Assembly: GCA_031426175.1 (NCBI GenBank)
Contig: JANPKR010000257.1
Span: forward strand, 1 to 34,912
Source: Hydrogenophaga sp.
Lineage (GTDB): Bacteria; Pseudomonadota; Gammaproteobacteria; Burkholderiales; Burkholderiaceae_C
DNA: 34,912 bases
Direction: 5' to 3'
Part shown: positions 19,684 to 27,836 of the stretch, piece after piece
Position numbering within the stretch: position 1 is the stretch's first letter
How the letters are laid out: every line of letters starts with the position of its first letter
Notes under the pieces: generated by a model
Seen by the model: only the letters and a program-made list of their open reading frames with translations
Told to the model about the DNA's origin: nothing
Databases searched by the model: none
Made by a program: the position numbers and the translations under genes

Positions 19684-20912
19684 GCCACGCTCACTTTCAC
19701 GGCGTGGTCGGCCCAGCTGGTGTTGTTGTAGCCGCCCGCGTTTTCCATGCGTTGTTCGGGCTGCACGTTGCCTGCGGTGTCGGTGGCTCGGCTCGCCAGG
19801 GTGAACTGGCCCGCCGGCAGGCGCGCCGCAAAAACAAACTGCCGCCACGCAAAGCGGCCGAGGTCGGGCCCCACCATGCGCGCGAGCTGCCAGGTTTTTC
19901 CGCCGTCCAGAGAAACCTCGACCTTGGCCACCGCGTTCATGCCGCCAAACGCCACGCCATGGATCTGTGTGTCACCCGCTTTAAGCGGGGCGCCGTCCGT
20001 GCCGGGACCGTTGATCCACGACTTCACCGTCATTTCCTGCACCGATGGCTGCGACGGGTCGCCCTTCGCGCCGGGCGGTGAAATGCGGTAGCCGTGCGAC
20101 ATGATGCGTGCGTCGGTCTCCTGAGCGGTGAAGGCCAGGCGTTTGACGTACTTGATGTTGTTCACGCCCGTGTAACCCGGCACGATCAAGCGCAGTGGGC
20201 CGCCGTGGGCCAGCGAAATCGGCACACCGTTCATTTCCCAGGCCAGCAGGGCATCGGCGAGTGCGGCAGCAGGCACCGAGCGTTCCACGATCACGCTCTT
20301 GGGGTCCAGTCCATCGGGGAGTTTTTCGCCGCCTGTGCCGGTGAGGTAGGCCATGCCGGCCTCCACGCCGCCCAGGGCATCCACCACCCAGCGCACCGGC
20401 ACACCGCTCCACACCACACAGCCTGCTGCGCCCACTTGCCAAGGCGTTCCACTGGGCTTGTTGGGGAAGTAGCCGCGTCCGTTGCCAGAGCATTGCAACA
20501 CCATCGCCGTGGTCTCGATGCCTATGCGCTTGAGGTCGCCCAGCGTGAGTTTGCGCGGGTTCTTCACCCCCTCGATGTTGATCTCCCAGGCATCGCGGTT
20601 GCCCAGGATCGAGGCGTCGGGCGCGGGCAGGTTGTTGCGGATGTAGAGCTGCTCGGACGGCGTGATTACGCTGGTGCCGAACACACTGCGCTTGGTCTCA
20701 ATGGTGGTGCTGCTGTGCACGATCAGGCTGGCCGGGTCCTTCCAGCCCACGTACGCTGGCAGAGGCTTGGCAGCACCGGCCAAGGCGACGGGCGCGGTCT
20801 CACCAGCAGCGGCTGCGGTGCGGCCAAAGCTGGCCAGACCAACGGCAGCCAAAGCAGCGCCGCTGCCGGCCAGCAGGTGGCGCCGGGGGAGCGAGGTGGG
20901 TTGTTGGTTCAT
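19680..20912 (-). CDS. sorT: Periplasmic molybdopterin sulfite dehydrogenase, SorT-type (sulfite oxidase family)
   Basis: Tat signal RRHLL, YIRNNLP, Mo-ligand LQCSGNGR, WSGVP, HGGPLRLIVPGYTGVNNIKY, Ig-like dimer domain, GYNN. Confidence 0.9.
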   Translation of the reverse strand: MNQQPTSLPRRHLLAGSGAALAAVGLASFGRTAAAAGETAPVALAGAAKPLPAYVGWKDPASLIVHSSTTIETKRSVFGTSVITPSEQLYIRNNLPAPDASILGNRDAWEINIEGVKNPRKLTLGDLKRIGIETTAMVLQCSGNGRGYFPNKPSGTPWQVGAAGCVVWSGVPVRWVVDALGGVEAGMAYLTGTGGEKLPDGLDPKSVIVERSVPAAALADALLAWEMNGVPISLAHGGPLRLIVPGYTGVNNIKYVKRLAFTAQETDARIMSHGYRISPPGAKGDPSQPSVQEMTVKSWINGPGTDGAPLKAGDTQIHGVAFGGMNAVAKVEVSLDGGKTWQLARMVGPDLGRFAWRQFVFAARLPAGQFTLASRATDTAGNVQPEQRMENAGGYNNTSWADHAVKVSVA

Positions 20913-20997
20913 TTCTGGGGTCTCCGGTGGTTGGGCGTCGTGCGCCGGTTGGGGTGAAAGGGGTGAGCGGTTGATTCGTTGACAGGGACGCGGTGCC

Positions 20998-21600
20998 TCA
21001 GCCTGGCCCGGACACGGGAGGTGCCTGCAGTGCCGTCTGCGCGACCGCCAGTGCCTTCTTTTTCTGGGCCACCAGCAACAAGGGCTTGCCCTCGCGCGAG
21101 CGGATCACCTTCCAGTGCACGTTGCTCCACCAGCCGCTGGCCTCGCGCAGGTCCACAGACTGGTCAAAGGCATACACCGTCACCATGCCGCCCTTCTCGA
21201 AGAACGTGGTGAGGTGGTAAGCGAGGTGACCTTCGATATCGCATGGCCGCATGAGTTGGGGAAACCCGGGCACCACGTTGGCGTCCCGCATGCCCAGGTG
21301 CATGAGCAACTGGCGCTGCTCCATGAAACTGCCCCGCAAGCTGCGCTCGTGGTATTCGTGGTCGATCGCGTCGCGCACCATCGCTGGCGGTCGCACGGCG
21401 AGCACCCCGCCGCTGGTGCCACCGGCCAGCAAAAGCGCAGCCAGAAAACGCTGCAAGCCGCGTCGCGCCAGCAGCGGCTGCGGCTTTCGGTACAGGTGTG
21501 CCGGTGCGTCGCTGGCCTCGAAGGCGATCGCCAACTCGGCGCGCGCGCGCAAATCGAATTCGCTGTCGGGCAGGAAAGGCGCGTCGGTATCGGGGCTCAT
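20998..21600 (-). CDS. Putative membrane-anchored anti-sigma factor (DUF3379-like)
   Basis: ATGA-coupled downstream of an ECF sigma; single hydrophobic segment; periplasmic part with DHEYHE and CDIEGHLAYHL. Confidence 0.6.
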   Translation of the reverse strand: MSPDTDAPFLPDSEFDLRARAELAIAFEASDAPAHLYRKPQPLLARRGLQRFLAALLLAGGTSGGVLAVRPPAMVRDAIDHEYHERSLRGSFMEQRQLLMHLGMRDANVVPGFPQLMRPCDIEGHLAYHLTTFFEKGGMVTVYAFDQSVDLREASGWWSNVHWKVIRSREGKPLLLVAQKKKALAVAQTALQAPPVSGPG

Positions 21601-22130
21601 GTCTTGGTCCTGCGAAACGGGGTAACGTTGACATCGGCCTTGGGTGTCGCAGGTACCCCCATGGCCAGCTTCAAAGCGTCGCGCGCACGGGCTAGGCGCG
21701 ACAACACCGTGCCGGGCGCGATCTCCAGCGCCTCGGCCATCTGGGCGGTGGGCATGTCGTCGAAATAAAACAGCACCAGCACCTCGCGGTGGATGGGCGC
21801 CAGGCGCGCGAGCGCCTTGACGACATCGAGTTTGTCGTCCAGCCCCGCGTCGGGCGCCGCTTGCTCGGGCTGCTCTTCATCGTCCAGCGACTGCATGCTG
21901 GGTGCGGCCTGGCGAAAGGCGGCGCGGCGCATGATCTGAAAGAGCCAAGCCCGTGCCAGCGCAGCGTCGCGCAGTTGCTCCCGGTGCTTCCAGGCGTTGG
22001 CAAAACAGTCTTGCACCACGTCTTCGGCAATGGCGCGCGAACCAGTGAGCGCCCACGCACTGCGCAGCAAAAAACGGTAGTGCTCACGCACCCATTGGTT
22101 ATAGCGGGACTCGGCAGACTGGAACAGCAT
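21597..22130 (-). CDS. ECF RNA polymerase sigma factor (sigma-B of the island)
   Basis: AEDVVQDCF, RAWLFQIMRR (region 2); LAPIHREVLVL...AQMAEALEIAPGTVLSRLARAR (region 4). Start 22130, possibly leaderless. Confidence 0.93.
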   Translation of the reverse strand: MLFQSAESRYNQWVREHYRFLLRSAWALTGSRAIAEDVVQDCFANAWKHREQLRDAALARAWLFQIMRRAAFRQAAPSMQSLDDEEQPEQAAPDAGLDDKLDVVKALARLAPIHREVLVLFYFDDMPTAQMAEALEIAPGTVLSRLARARDALKLAMGVPATPKADVNVTPFRRTKT

Positions 22131-22135
22131 GGTGA

Positions 22136-22165
22136 TCAAGAGCGCTGCATGGCTTGGTTCATTCC
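22136..22165 (-). promoter_or_regulatory. ECF-type promoter GGAATGAA-N12-GCGCTCTTGA directly upstream of sigma-B
   Basis: Same boxes and spacing as the copy at 24040-24069; ends 5 nt before ATG 22130. Confidence 0.72.
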
Positions 22166-22200
22166 GTGGCGCTCATTGGTACTTTCCCTAGGGCTGTCGA

Positions 22201-22560
22201 TCAAGGCCCCCGCGTCCCACCCAGCGACGGAAATTCCGCTTCCGCACCTTTGGCTGTGCGCTGCTGCAGGGTGTGCAGTCGGCGTTGCATGCTCTGGATC
22301 TCCACCGTCTGCCCGGCAATGATTTCCTCGGCCAACTGCCGGGTGACAGGATCGCGCCCATGCTGCAACACCAGCCGCGCCATGTCCACAGCGCCGGCGT
22401 GGTGCGGAATCATCATCGCCAGAAAGTCCTGGTCGGCCTGGCCTGCGTAGCCCGGGCTGTGCATGGCCTGCATCATGCGGGCCATCGATTCGTCCATATC
22501 CCGCTGGAATGCGCTGGTGTGCGCGGCGCTGGCGCCGTGGCTGGTGTGCGCGCCGCTCAT
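22201..22560 (-). CDS. DUF305 (CopM-like, ferritin-fold) Met/His-rich protein without a signal peptide
   Basis: DQDFLAMMIPHHAGAVDMA...LAEEIIAGQTVEIQSM; ATGA overlap with the upstream beta-propeller gene. Confidence 0.85.
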   Translation of the reverse strand: MSGAHTSHGASAAHTSAFQRDMDESMARMMQAMHSPGYAGQADQDFLAMMIPHHAGAVDMARLVLQHGRDPVTRQLAEEIIAGQTVEIQSMQRRLHTLQQRTAKGAEAEFPSLGGTRGP

Positions 22561-23951
22561 GCCGTCTGGCCCTTCTCGCCCACACGCACGTAGACGAGGT
22601 TGATGCTCTTTTTGTTGCGCAGCGCGCCAGAGGGCAGCGTCAGATTGCCCAGGGGGATCTGCGCAATGAAGGTCGGGCGCAGCGGGTCGCTCACATCAAA
22701 TGCACTGCACACGGTCTGGCCCGCGTTGGGCGTGCCGGGCAGCTCGTCCTGTTCGTGGGCCACATACAGCAGCGTGTTCTCGGGGTTGGTCCACAACCCG
22801 TGCGACTCGCGGCCACGGCTGGAGAAGGTGCCCACCACCTTGCGCTGTCCGCCCGGAGCGCTGCGGTCGATGATGGCGATCGGGCTCGACGCCACGCCGC
22901 CGGGGCCACCATCGTCGATGCGCGCCAGGCTGGCATAGACCACGCTGCCGCGCGCATTGCGCACGAACTCAACGTGGTTGGGCCGAGCGCCCATGCCGAG
23001 TGGCACGGTGTCGATCAGGTCGAAGCCACCCTGCGTCGAGCGGCAAGACACCGCATCAGCCAGCTTGTGCGAGAACCACACCTCGGCACCGTCGGGTGTG
23101 GTCTTCATGAAGGGCGTGAAGCCGGGTTTGTCCTGTGCGCTGATGTCCAGCGTGGTCAGCCGTTGCGGTTGGCTGTGGCCATCCGCGCCGGGGTTGACGC
23201 GGAACACGTCGATCTTCGACACCTTCTGGCTGGCCACAAAGGCCAACGTACCCTCACGGTTGAACCACACCTGCGCCGGGCCGCTCAGTGTGGGCAGGTA
23301 TTGGCGAACCGCGCTGGAGCCCGGGCTGTCGGCCCCCTTGAGCTGGCGAACGGCACGATCGACGCCGACGATGGCAATACGGTCTTCACCGCGCAGCGTG
23401 ACCCACAGCTCGCGGCCGTTGCGCGTGAAAGTGGGCTCGTGCGGTTCGCGGCCCAGCAGCAGGCCACTACTCAGGCGCTCGGGGTTGGTGGTGGGCCCAG
23501 ACGCAGGGTTGGGTGTGTTGCCGATCACGCGGCGCTGCTCGGCGTCGATCAGATAAATGTTGCTGGAGCCGCGCCCGCTGGTGGCCAGCAGCCGGCCGTC
23601 GGGCGACGGCACCGCGCCGTGGGCGTCGATGCAGCCGTGGTACAGCGGCTTGTGGATCATCGCCGCGTGTGTCGGCGCCACGCCGGCGGTGACGTAGCGA
23701 AATGGAGGCCGCGGGTCTTCGTCGAAGCTGGTCAGGTTGATCGTGCTCTCGACGGTGTTCGTCTTCGGATCGATGACGACCAGCGTGTTGGAGTCTTCAG
23801 TGGTGATGAAGACGCGGTCGCGCGGGTCGATGCCGGTGGCTGCGGCTCCCGCTGAAGCGCCGGACGGGGCCTGGGCATGTGCTGCGGGCAGCGCGCTGGC
23901 TGCCGCGGCGGCCAGGGTGTACTTGAGAATGTCGCGGCGTTGGGTGGTCAT
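22557..23951 (-). CDS. Tat-exported YncE/YVTN-like beta-propeller protein
   Basis: Tat motif QRRDILK plus AHA cleavage site; repeated blade motifs SPDGRLL, TRNGRELWV, NREGTLAFV, TPDGAEVW, NPENTLLYV. Confidence 0.82.
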   Translation of the reverse strand: MTTQRRDILKYTLAAAAASALPAAHAQAPSGASAGAAATGIDPRDRVFITTEDSNTLVVIDPKTNTVESTINLTSFDEDPRPPFRYVTAGVAPTHAAMIHKPLYHGCIDAHGAVPSPDGRLLATSGRGSSNIYLIDAEQRRVIGNTPNPASGPTTNPERLSSGLLLGREPHEPTFTRNGRELWVTLRGEDRIAIVGVDRAVRQLKGADSPGSSAVRQYLPTLSGPAQVWFNREGTLAFVASQKVSKIDVFRVNPGADGHSQPQRLTTLDISAQDKPGFTPFMKTTPDGAEVWFSHKLADAVSCRSTQGGFDLIDTVPLGMGARPNHVEFVRNARGSVVYASLARIDDGGPGGVASSPIAIIDRSAPGGQRKVVGTFSSRGRESHGLWTNPENTLLYVAHEQDELPGTPNAGQTVCSAFDVSDPLRPTFIAQIPLGNLTLPSGALRNKKSINLVYVRVGEKGQTA

Positions 23952-24039
23952 GTGTGCTTTCTGAGTTGGTGTGGAGAGTGATCGCTTGGGTCGTGGGCCG
24001 GGAGCCGCCGATGAACCACTGCCCAGCGCTTGCTTCAGG

Positions 24040-24069
24040 TCAAGAGCGCGGCTCGGGCCGTTTCATTCC
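24040..24069 (-). promoter_or_regulatory. ECF-type promoter GGAATGAA-N12-GCGCTCTTGA upstream of the beta-propeller/DUF305 operon
   Basis: Matches 22136-22165 at all 18 box positions with the same 12-nt spacer. Confidence 0.72.
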
Positions 24070-24112
24070 CTGGGCATGCCGACAGCGCGTCGCGCCGACG
24101 CCGCCCTGGCCT

Positions 24113-25012
24113 TCAGCGCGGGGTGCCAAGTTGCCGATAGACCTCGGCCGACACCTGCGCCAGCACGCTGCGGTCGGCGTCGGACGACAGGGCGTAGCCG
24201 AAGGGACCGTCGACCCAGTAGAAGACATTGACCACACCTTCGCGTGCGAAGCGGAAGGCCGTGTCTGTGTTCTTCACGCTGGCCTGCAGTGCCTTGTCCG
24301 GCCCCGCGGCACTGCCCACGTCGGCGACATCGTTGGATACGTACAGCGTCAGTTTGCTGCCGAGCTCGTTGCGGTACATGAACTGCGCCACCGGCCCCTG
24401 GCCGCCCGGCAACAGGCGCCCGCCTTCCAGCGTATAGCCCTGGGCCTGCAGGTACGGCGGCTTCATCGGCGCGCCCATGCGCTTGGACAGCCAGGCCACG
24501 AGCTGGTCTTCGTGCGCCGCGTCCACCTCGACCGGGCGGCGCGGGTCGGGACTGTATACCGCGTGAGCCACCGCCGCGCGCTGCGCGAAGCCGCCCGCTG
24601 ACGCCAGCGTCAGGCCGCGCTCGGCGGGTGCCGCGGCGGCCATGCGGCCGGCATCGTCGCCCCCCGCGGGCAGGCCGCCCCGCAAGCCCCAGCCTGTGGC
24701 GCCGCTGATGACGGCGATGGCGATCCCAGCGGCCAGGCGCTGGAGGTACCAAGGCGTCTGCGGCACGGCGCGCGGGCGCGCCGATTTCAGCAGGCGCTGC
24801 GGCGGCTGTTCATCCAGCACGGGATCGAACAAGGCGTGCAGTTCGCGCTTATGCGCCCGGTAGGCCTCCAAGCGCTGCGCGTCTTCAGGGCGTGCGGCCA
24901 GATAAGCGGCGATCTCGACCTGGCGCTCAGCGGGCAGGCGGCCATCAACGAACGCATGCAGGTCGGCCTCGGTGACCGGGGGAATGGACGGTGGCGGACG
25001 GTCGGTATTCAT
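24113..25012 (-). CDS. Transmembrane anti-sigma factor (PrtR/RsiW-like)
   Basis: TEADLHAFVDGRL N-terminus, TM segment, AVAHAVYSPD..RPVEV, LVAWLSKRMG, GGRLLP...AQFMY; directly downstream of an ECF sigma. Confidence 0.9.
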   Translation of the reverse strand: MNTDRPPPSIPPVTEADLHAFVDGRLPAERQVEIAAYLAARPEDAQRLEAYRAHKRELHALFDPVLDEQPPQRLLKSARPRAVPQTPWYLQRLAAGIAIAVISGATGWGLRGGLPAGGDDAGRMAAAAPAERGLTLASAGGFAQRAAVAHAVYSPDPRRPVEVDAAHEDQLVAWLSKRMGAPMKPPYLQAQGYTLEGGRLLPGGQGPVAQFMYRNELGSKLTLYVSNDVADVGSAAGPDKALQASVKNTDTAFRFAREGVVNVFYWVDGPFGYALSSDADRSVLAQVSAEVYRQLGTPR

Positions 25013-25031
25013 GGGTTGCTTCGCAATACAT

Positions 25032-25535
25032 TCATTTGACGACTTTCAGCCGCACCGGTTCTGCGCGGCCTTCCATCAGGCCGCGCAGGCGCTCACGGCC
25101 TCGCGACAGGCGCGACATCACGGTGCCGATGGGGATACCCAGGGCCTGCGCCACATCGGCATAGGCCATGTCTTCCAGCGTCACCAGAAGAAGCACTTCC
25201 TTCTGCTCGACGGGCAGCAAGTCCAGTGCAGCCTGCAGATCCAGTACAGCCAGCCTGTCGGTTTGTGTCGGCGCCACCGGCACTTCGGGCGTGTCGTCGT
25301 CCATGGTCACGGTGTGCAGCCTGGGACGGCGCACGCCATCGACGTGCAGGTTGTGCATGATGCTGAAGAGCCAGGCGCGCATGTCGGCCACGCCGCCCCA
25401 CAGGTTCGACTTGGCCCAGGCCCGCTCCAGCGTGTCCTGCACCAAATCGTCGGCGTCGTCACGGTTGTTCACCAGTGCGCGCGAATAGCGGCGCAGGCGC
25501 GGCACCCAGCTCAGCAGGCTTGCGTCGTCTTGCAT
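25032..25535 (-). CDS. ECF RNA polymerase sigma factor, PrtI/ECF26-like (sigma-A of the island)
   Basis: VPRLRRYSRAL...ADDLVQDTLERA, RAWLFSIMHN, YADVAQALGIPIGTVMSRLSRGR. Confidence 0.93.
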   Translation of the reverse strand: MQDDASLLSWVPRLRRYSRALVNNRDDADDLVQDTLERAWAKSNLWGGVADMRAWLFSIMHNLHVDGVRRPRLHTVTMDDDTPEVPVAPTQTDRLAVLDLQAALDLLPVEQKEVLLLVTLEDMAYADVAQALGIPIGTVMSRLSRGRERLRGLMEGRAEPVRLKVVK

Positions 25536-25581
25536 CGGGGGGTCGTGGCCTGAGGGTCTGGACGGAAGTCGACAGCAAATG

Positions 25582-25971
25582 TCATTCCTTGATGATGTGC
25601 CAGACGTCTTTGAAGTTGTCGCCGGCGCGGTCGCCGGGCTTCTGGTCGGCCTGGTAGGTGTACACCGGCTTGCCCTTGTAGGCCCACTGGCGCGCACCGT
25701 CGTCGCGCATGACGATCGTGTATGCACCGGCGGGTTGGTCGCTGGCGGCGGCCATCGCGGGCGGCCACAGCGCGGCGCAGCCGCCGTTGCAGGTGCTTTT
25801 GCCGCTGCCTGCCACGTCCTTGTCGAAGGTGTAGAGCGTCATGCCCTTGGCGTCGACCAGCGCGCCGTTGGCGAGCTTGGCCGGCGCGTCGGCAGCCATA
25901 GCGCCGGTGAGTGGTGCCGCGAAGGAAGCCGCTGTGATCAGCAGCGCGGCCAGAGTCGAAAGGTGCTTCAT
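25582..25971 (-). CDS. COG4315 secreted repeat protein (Yx(FWY)xxD motif)
   Basis: Signal peptide; GMTLYTFDKD, CNGGCAALWPP, QWAYKGKPVYTYQAD, GD...WH. Confidence 0.88.
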   Translation of the reverse strand: MKHLSTLAALLITAASFAAPLTGAMAADAPAKLANGALVDAKGMTLYTFDKDVAGSGKSTCNGGCAALWPPAMAAASDQPAGAYTIVMRDDGARQWAYKGKPVYTYQADQKPGDRAGDNFKDVWHIIKE

Positions 25972-26019
25972 GGGGTTGTCCTTTAGGGTCTGGTGGAGAG
26001 TAGCCACGCTGCGTGCCGT

Positions 26020-26451
26020 TCAGTAAGCCGCAGCCACCGCCAGCTTGGGGTCGATCTGCCAGGTTTCACTGACGATCTTGCCTTCACGGAACGTCAGCAC
26101 GTAGCGCACCTTGATGGGCATCTTGCCTTCGAAGACGACGTTGGCCGAGACGGTGGCGCCCTTGGGGTTGGCCGATTCTTCAATCTGGCCGACTGTGAGC
26201 TTCAGTGGGCCGACGGCCTTGCCGAACTTCTCCCAGGTGCCGCGAATGGCATCGGTGGTGGCATAGGTGCCGTCGAGTGGGCCGCCTACCCAGTTCAGCT
26301 GGGCCTGGTCGGCATAGGCACGCATGACGATCTGGGTGTCGCCCGAGGCGATGGCCTGGAAGTGCGTGCGGGCGTCGTCGCTGGGGGCGGCGAAGGCGCT
26401 GCCGGAGGCGAGCGTCAGGGCGGTGGCGGCGAAAGCGAAAGTCTTGAACAT
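26020..26451 (-). CDS. Secreted SnoaL/NTF2-like protein
   Basis: Signal peptide (AFA-A); HFQAIASGD...YADQAQLNWVGGPLDG.Y...IRGTW; GKIVSETWQ C-terminal strand. Confidence 0.75.
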   Translation of the reverse strand: MFKTFAFAATALTLASGSAFAAPSDDARTHFQAIASGDTQIVMRAYADQAQLNWVGGPLDGTYATTDAIRGTWEKFGKAVGPLKLTVGQIEESANPKGATVSANVVFEGKMPIKVRYVLTFREGKIVSETWQIDPKLAVAAAY

Positions 26452-26530
26452 TGTGGGCTCCGATGAAGGGTTGGTGTGAAGTGAAGGGGGGTGAGTGCTG
26501 GACGAAGGGTCCGATAGGTCCCGACAAAAG

Positions 26531-26560
26531 AGCAGACGGCGTCGGCATGCGGTCTATTCC
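26531..26560 (-). promoter_or_regulatory. ECF26-like promoter GGAATAGA-N12-GCCGTCTGCT upstream of the SnoaL-COG4315-sigma-A-anti-sigma operon
   Basis: GGAAT -35 box with a CGTC -10 box in the same register as the other two island promoters. Confidence 0.55.
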
Positions 26561-26612
26561 AGAGCGTGCAAAGAAATTTAGGGTCAGGGCCCTGGGCCGT
26601 GAATTCGAGGCT

Positions 26613-27719
26613 TCAGCCCAGCAGGGCCGGCACCCAGCGGTTGATGAGCGCGCCTCCGACGATGAGCCAGCCGAACAAGATCAACGCCAGCAGCAGCGGC
26701 TTGGCCCCGGCCTTGCGAATGGCGCCGATGTGCGTGGCCAGGCCGAGCGCAGCCATCGCCATCGCCAGCAGCGCGGTGTCAATCTCGATCGTCACTGCCA
26801 CCACCGACGCCGGCAGCCATTGCAGCGAATTGAGCAACACAACCGCGACGAAGCCGAAGGCGAACCAGGGCACAGCGAGTTGACCCTTGGCGTGAGCATG
26901 CTCTGCCTCCACCAGGGCTTGCAGGGTGCTGTCGCGCGCCAGCCAAGCCGACAGCATCACCAGGAACGGCGCCAGCATCATTACTCGAACCATCTTCGCG
27001 ATGACGGCCGAGTTGGCTGCGTCCGGGCCCACCGAACGTGCTGCGGCCACCACCTGGGCCACCTCGTGGATGGTCGATCCGACGTAGATGCCGAACCCGT
27101 TGGCGCCGCCGGGGATCAGCGCCCAGTGCCGGTTCAGCTCGAACAGCGCCGGGTACAGGAAGATCGCCAGCGTGCCGAACACCACCACCGTGGCCACCGC
27201 CACCGTGACCTGCTCGGCGCGCGCCTTGACCACCGGCTCGGCGGCCATCACCGCAGCAGCGCCGCAGATGGCACTGCCAGCGCCGATCAGCATCGCCGTC
27301 TTGCGCTCCAGGCCCAGCCAGCGCGTGCCGATGAGGCAGGCCAGTGCGAAGGTCGAGCCCAATATCATTGTGTCGATGGCGACACCAGCTATGCCAACAT
27401 GGTCAATGTCCTGCACGGTGAGCCGCAGGCCGTACAGCACCACGCCCAGGCGAAGCAGGTTCTGCTTGGAGAAGTTGACGCCGGCGCCGCTGGCTACCGC
27501 CCAGCGCGGGGCCCACGGGTAAACCGTGTTGCCCACGATCATGCCCAGCACGATGGCCAGCGTCAGCGCACTGAAGCCATGGTCCTGCAGCCAGGCGATG
27601 CGGCCCAGCGCGATACCGGTGGCAGCCAAGGCGCCGCTCAGGGCCAGGCCGGGGAGCATGCGTGCGAAAGCCGATGCAGAGGCCGATGTGCGTGGCTCAG
27701 GAAGTACGTTGATGGTCAT
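26613..27719 (-). CDS. yeiH: YeiH / UPF0324 (putative sulfate exporter, PSE family) membrane protein
   Basis: LLRLGVVLYGLRL, LIGAGSAICGAAAV, GSTIHEVAQVVAA, AKMVRVMMLAP, MAMAALGL. Confidence 0.92.
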   Translation of the reverse strand: MTINVLPEPRTSASASAFARMLPGLALSGALAATGIALGRIAWLQDHGFSALTLAIVLGMIVGNTVYPWAPRWAVASGAGVNFSKQNLLRLGVVLYGLRLTVQDIDHVGIAGVAIDTMILGSTFALACLIGTRWLGLERKTAMLIGAGSAICGAAAVMAAEPVVKARAEQVTVAVATVVVFGTLAIFLYPALFELNRHWALIPGGANGFGIYVGSTIHEVAQVVAAARSVGPDAANSAVIAKMVRVMMLAPFLVMLSAWLARDSTLQALVEAEHAHAKGQLAVPWFAFGFVAVVLLNSLQWLPASVVAVTIEIDTALLAMAMAALGLATHIGAIRKAGAKPLLLALILFGWLIVGGALINRWVPALLG

Positions 27720-27773
27720 GCTGCTTGCCTCCGGTTGAAGTTCATGAGGACGAAGCTTCCGGCTTCATAGATG

Positions 27774-27788
27774 ACCCGTCAAACGGGT
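27774..27788. promoter_or_regulatory. Dyad in the yeiH/yeiE divergent promoter (candidate LysR site)
   Basis: ACCCGT-CAA-ACGGGT. Confidence 0.4.
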
Positions 27789-27836
27789 TGTATCGCTAAG
27801 ATGTACCCATCTGATCGCTTTGCAAACAAATCCGCC

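Noticed and set aside
19680-20912. MsrP (YedY) or SoxC identity for the Mo enzyme
   Set aside because: It has the C-terminal dimerisation domain and a SorU-like monoheme partner. No MsrQ, SoxD or other sox genes are present.
22509-23855. Long antisense ORFs (22509..23855, 26451..27770, 11452..12798, 13935..15152)
   Set aside because: Each lies opposite a well-supported gene and lacks domain signatures.
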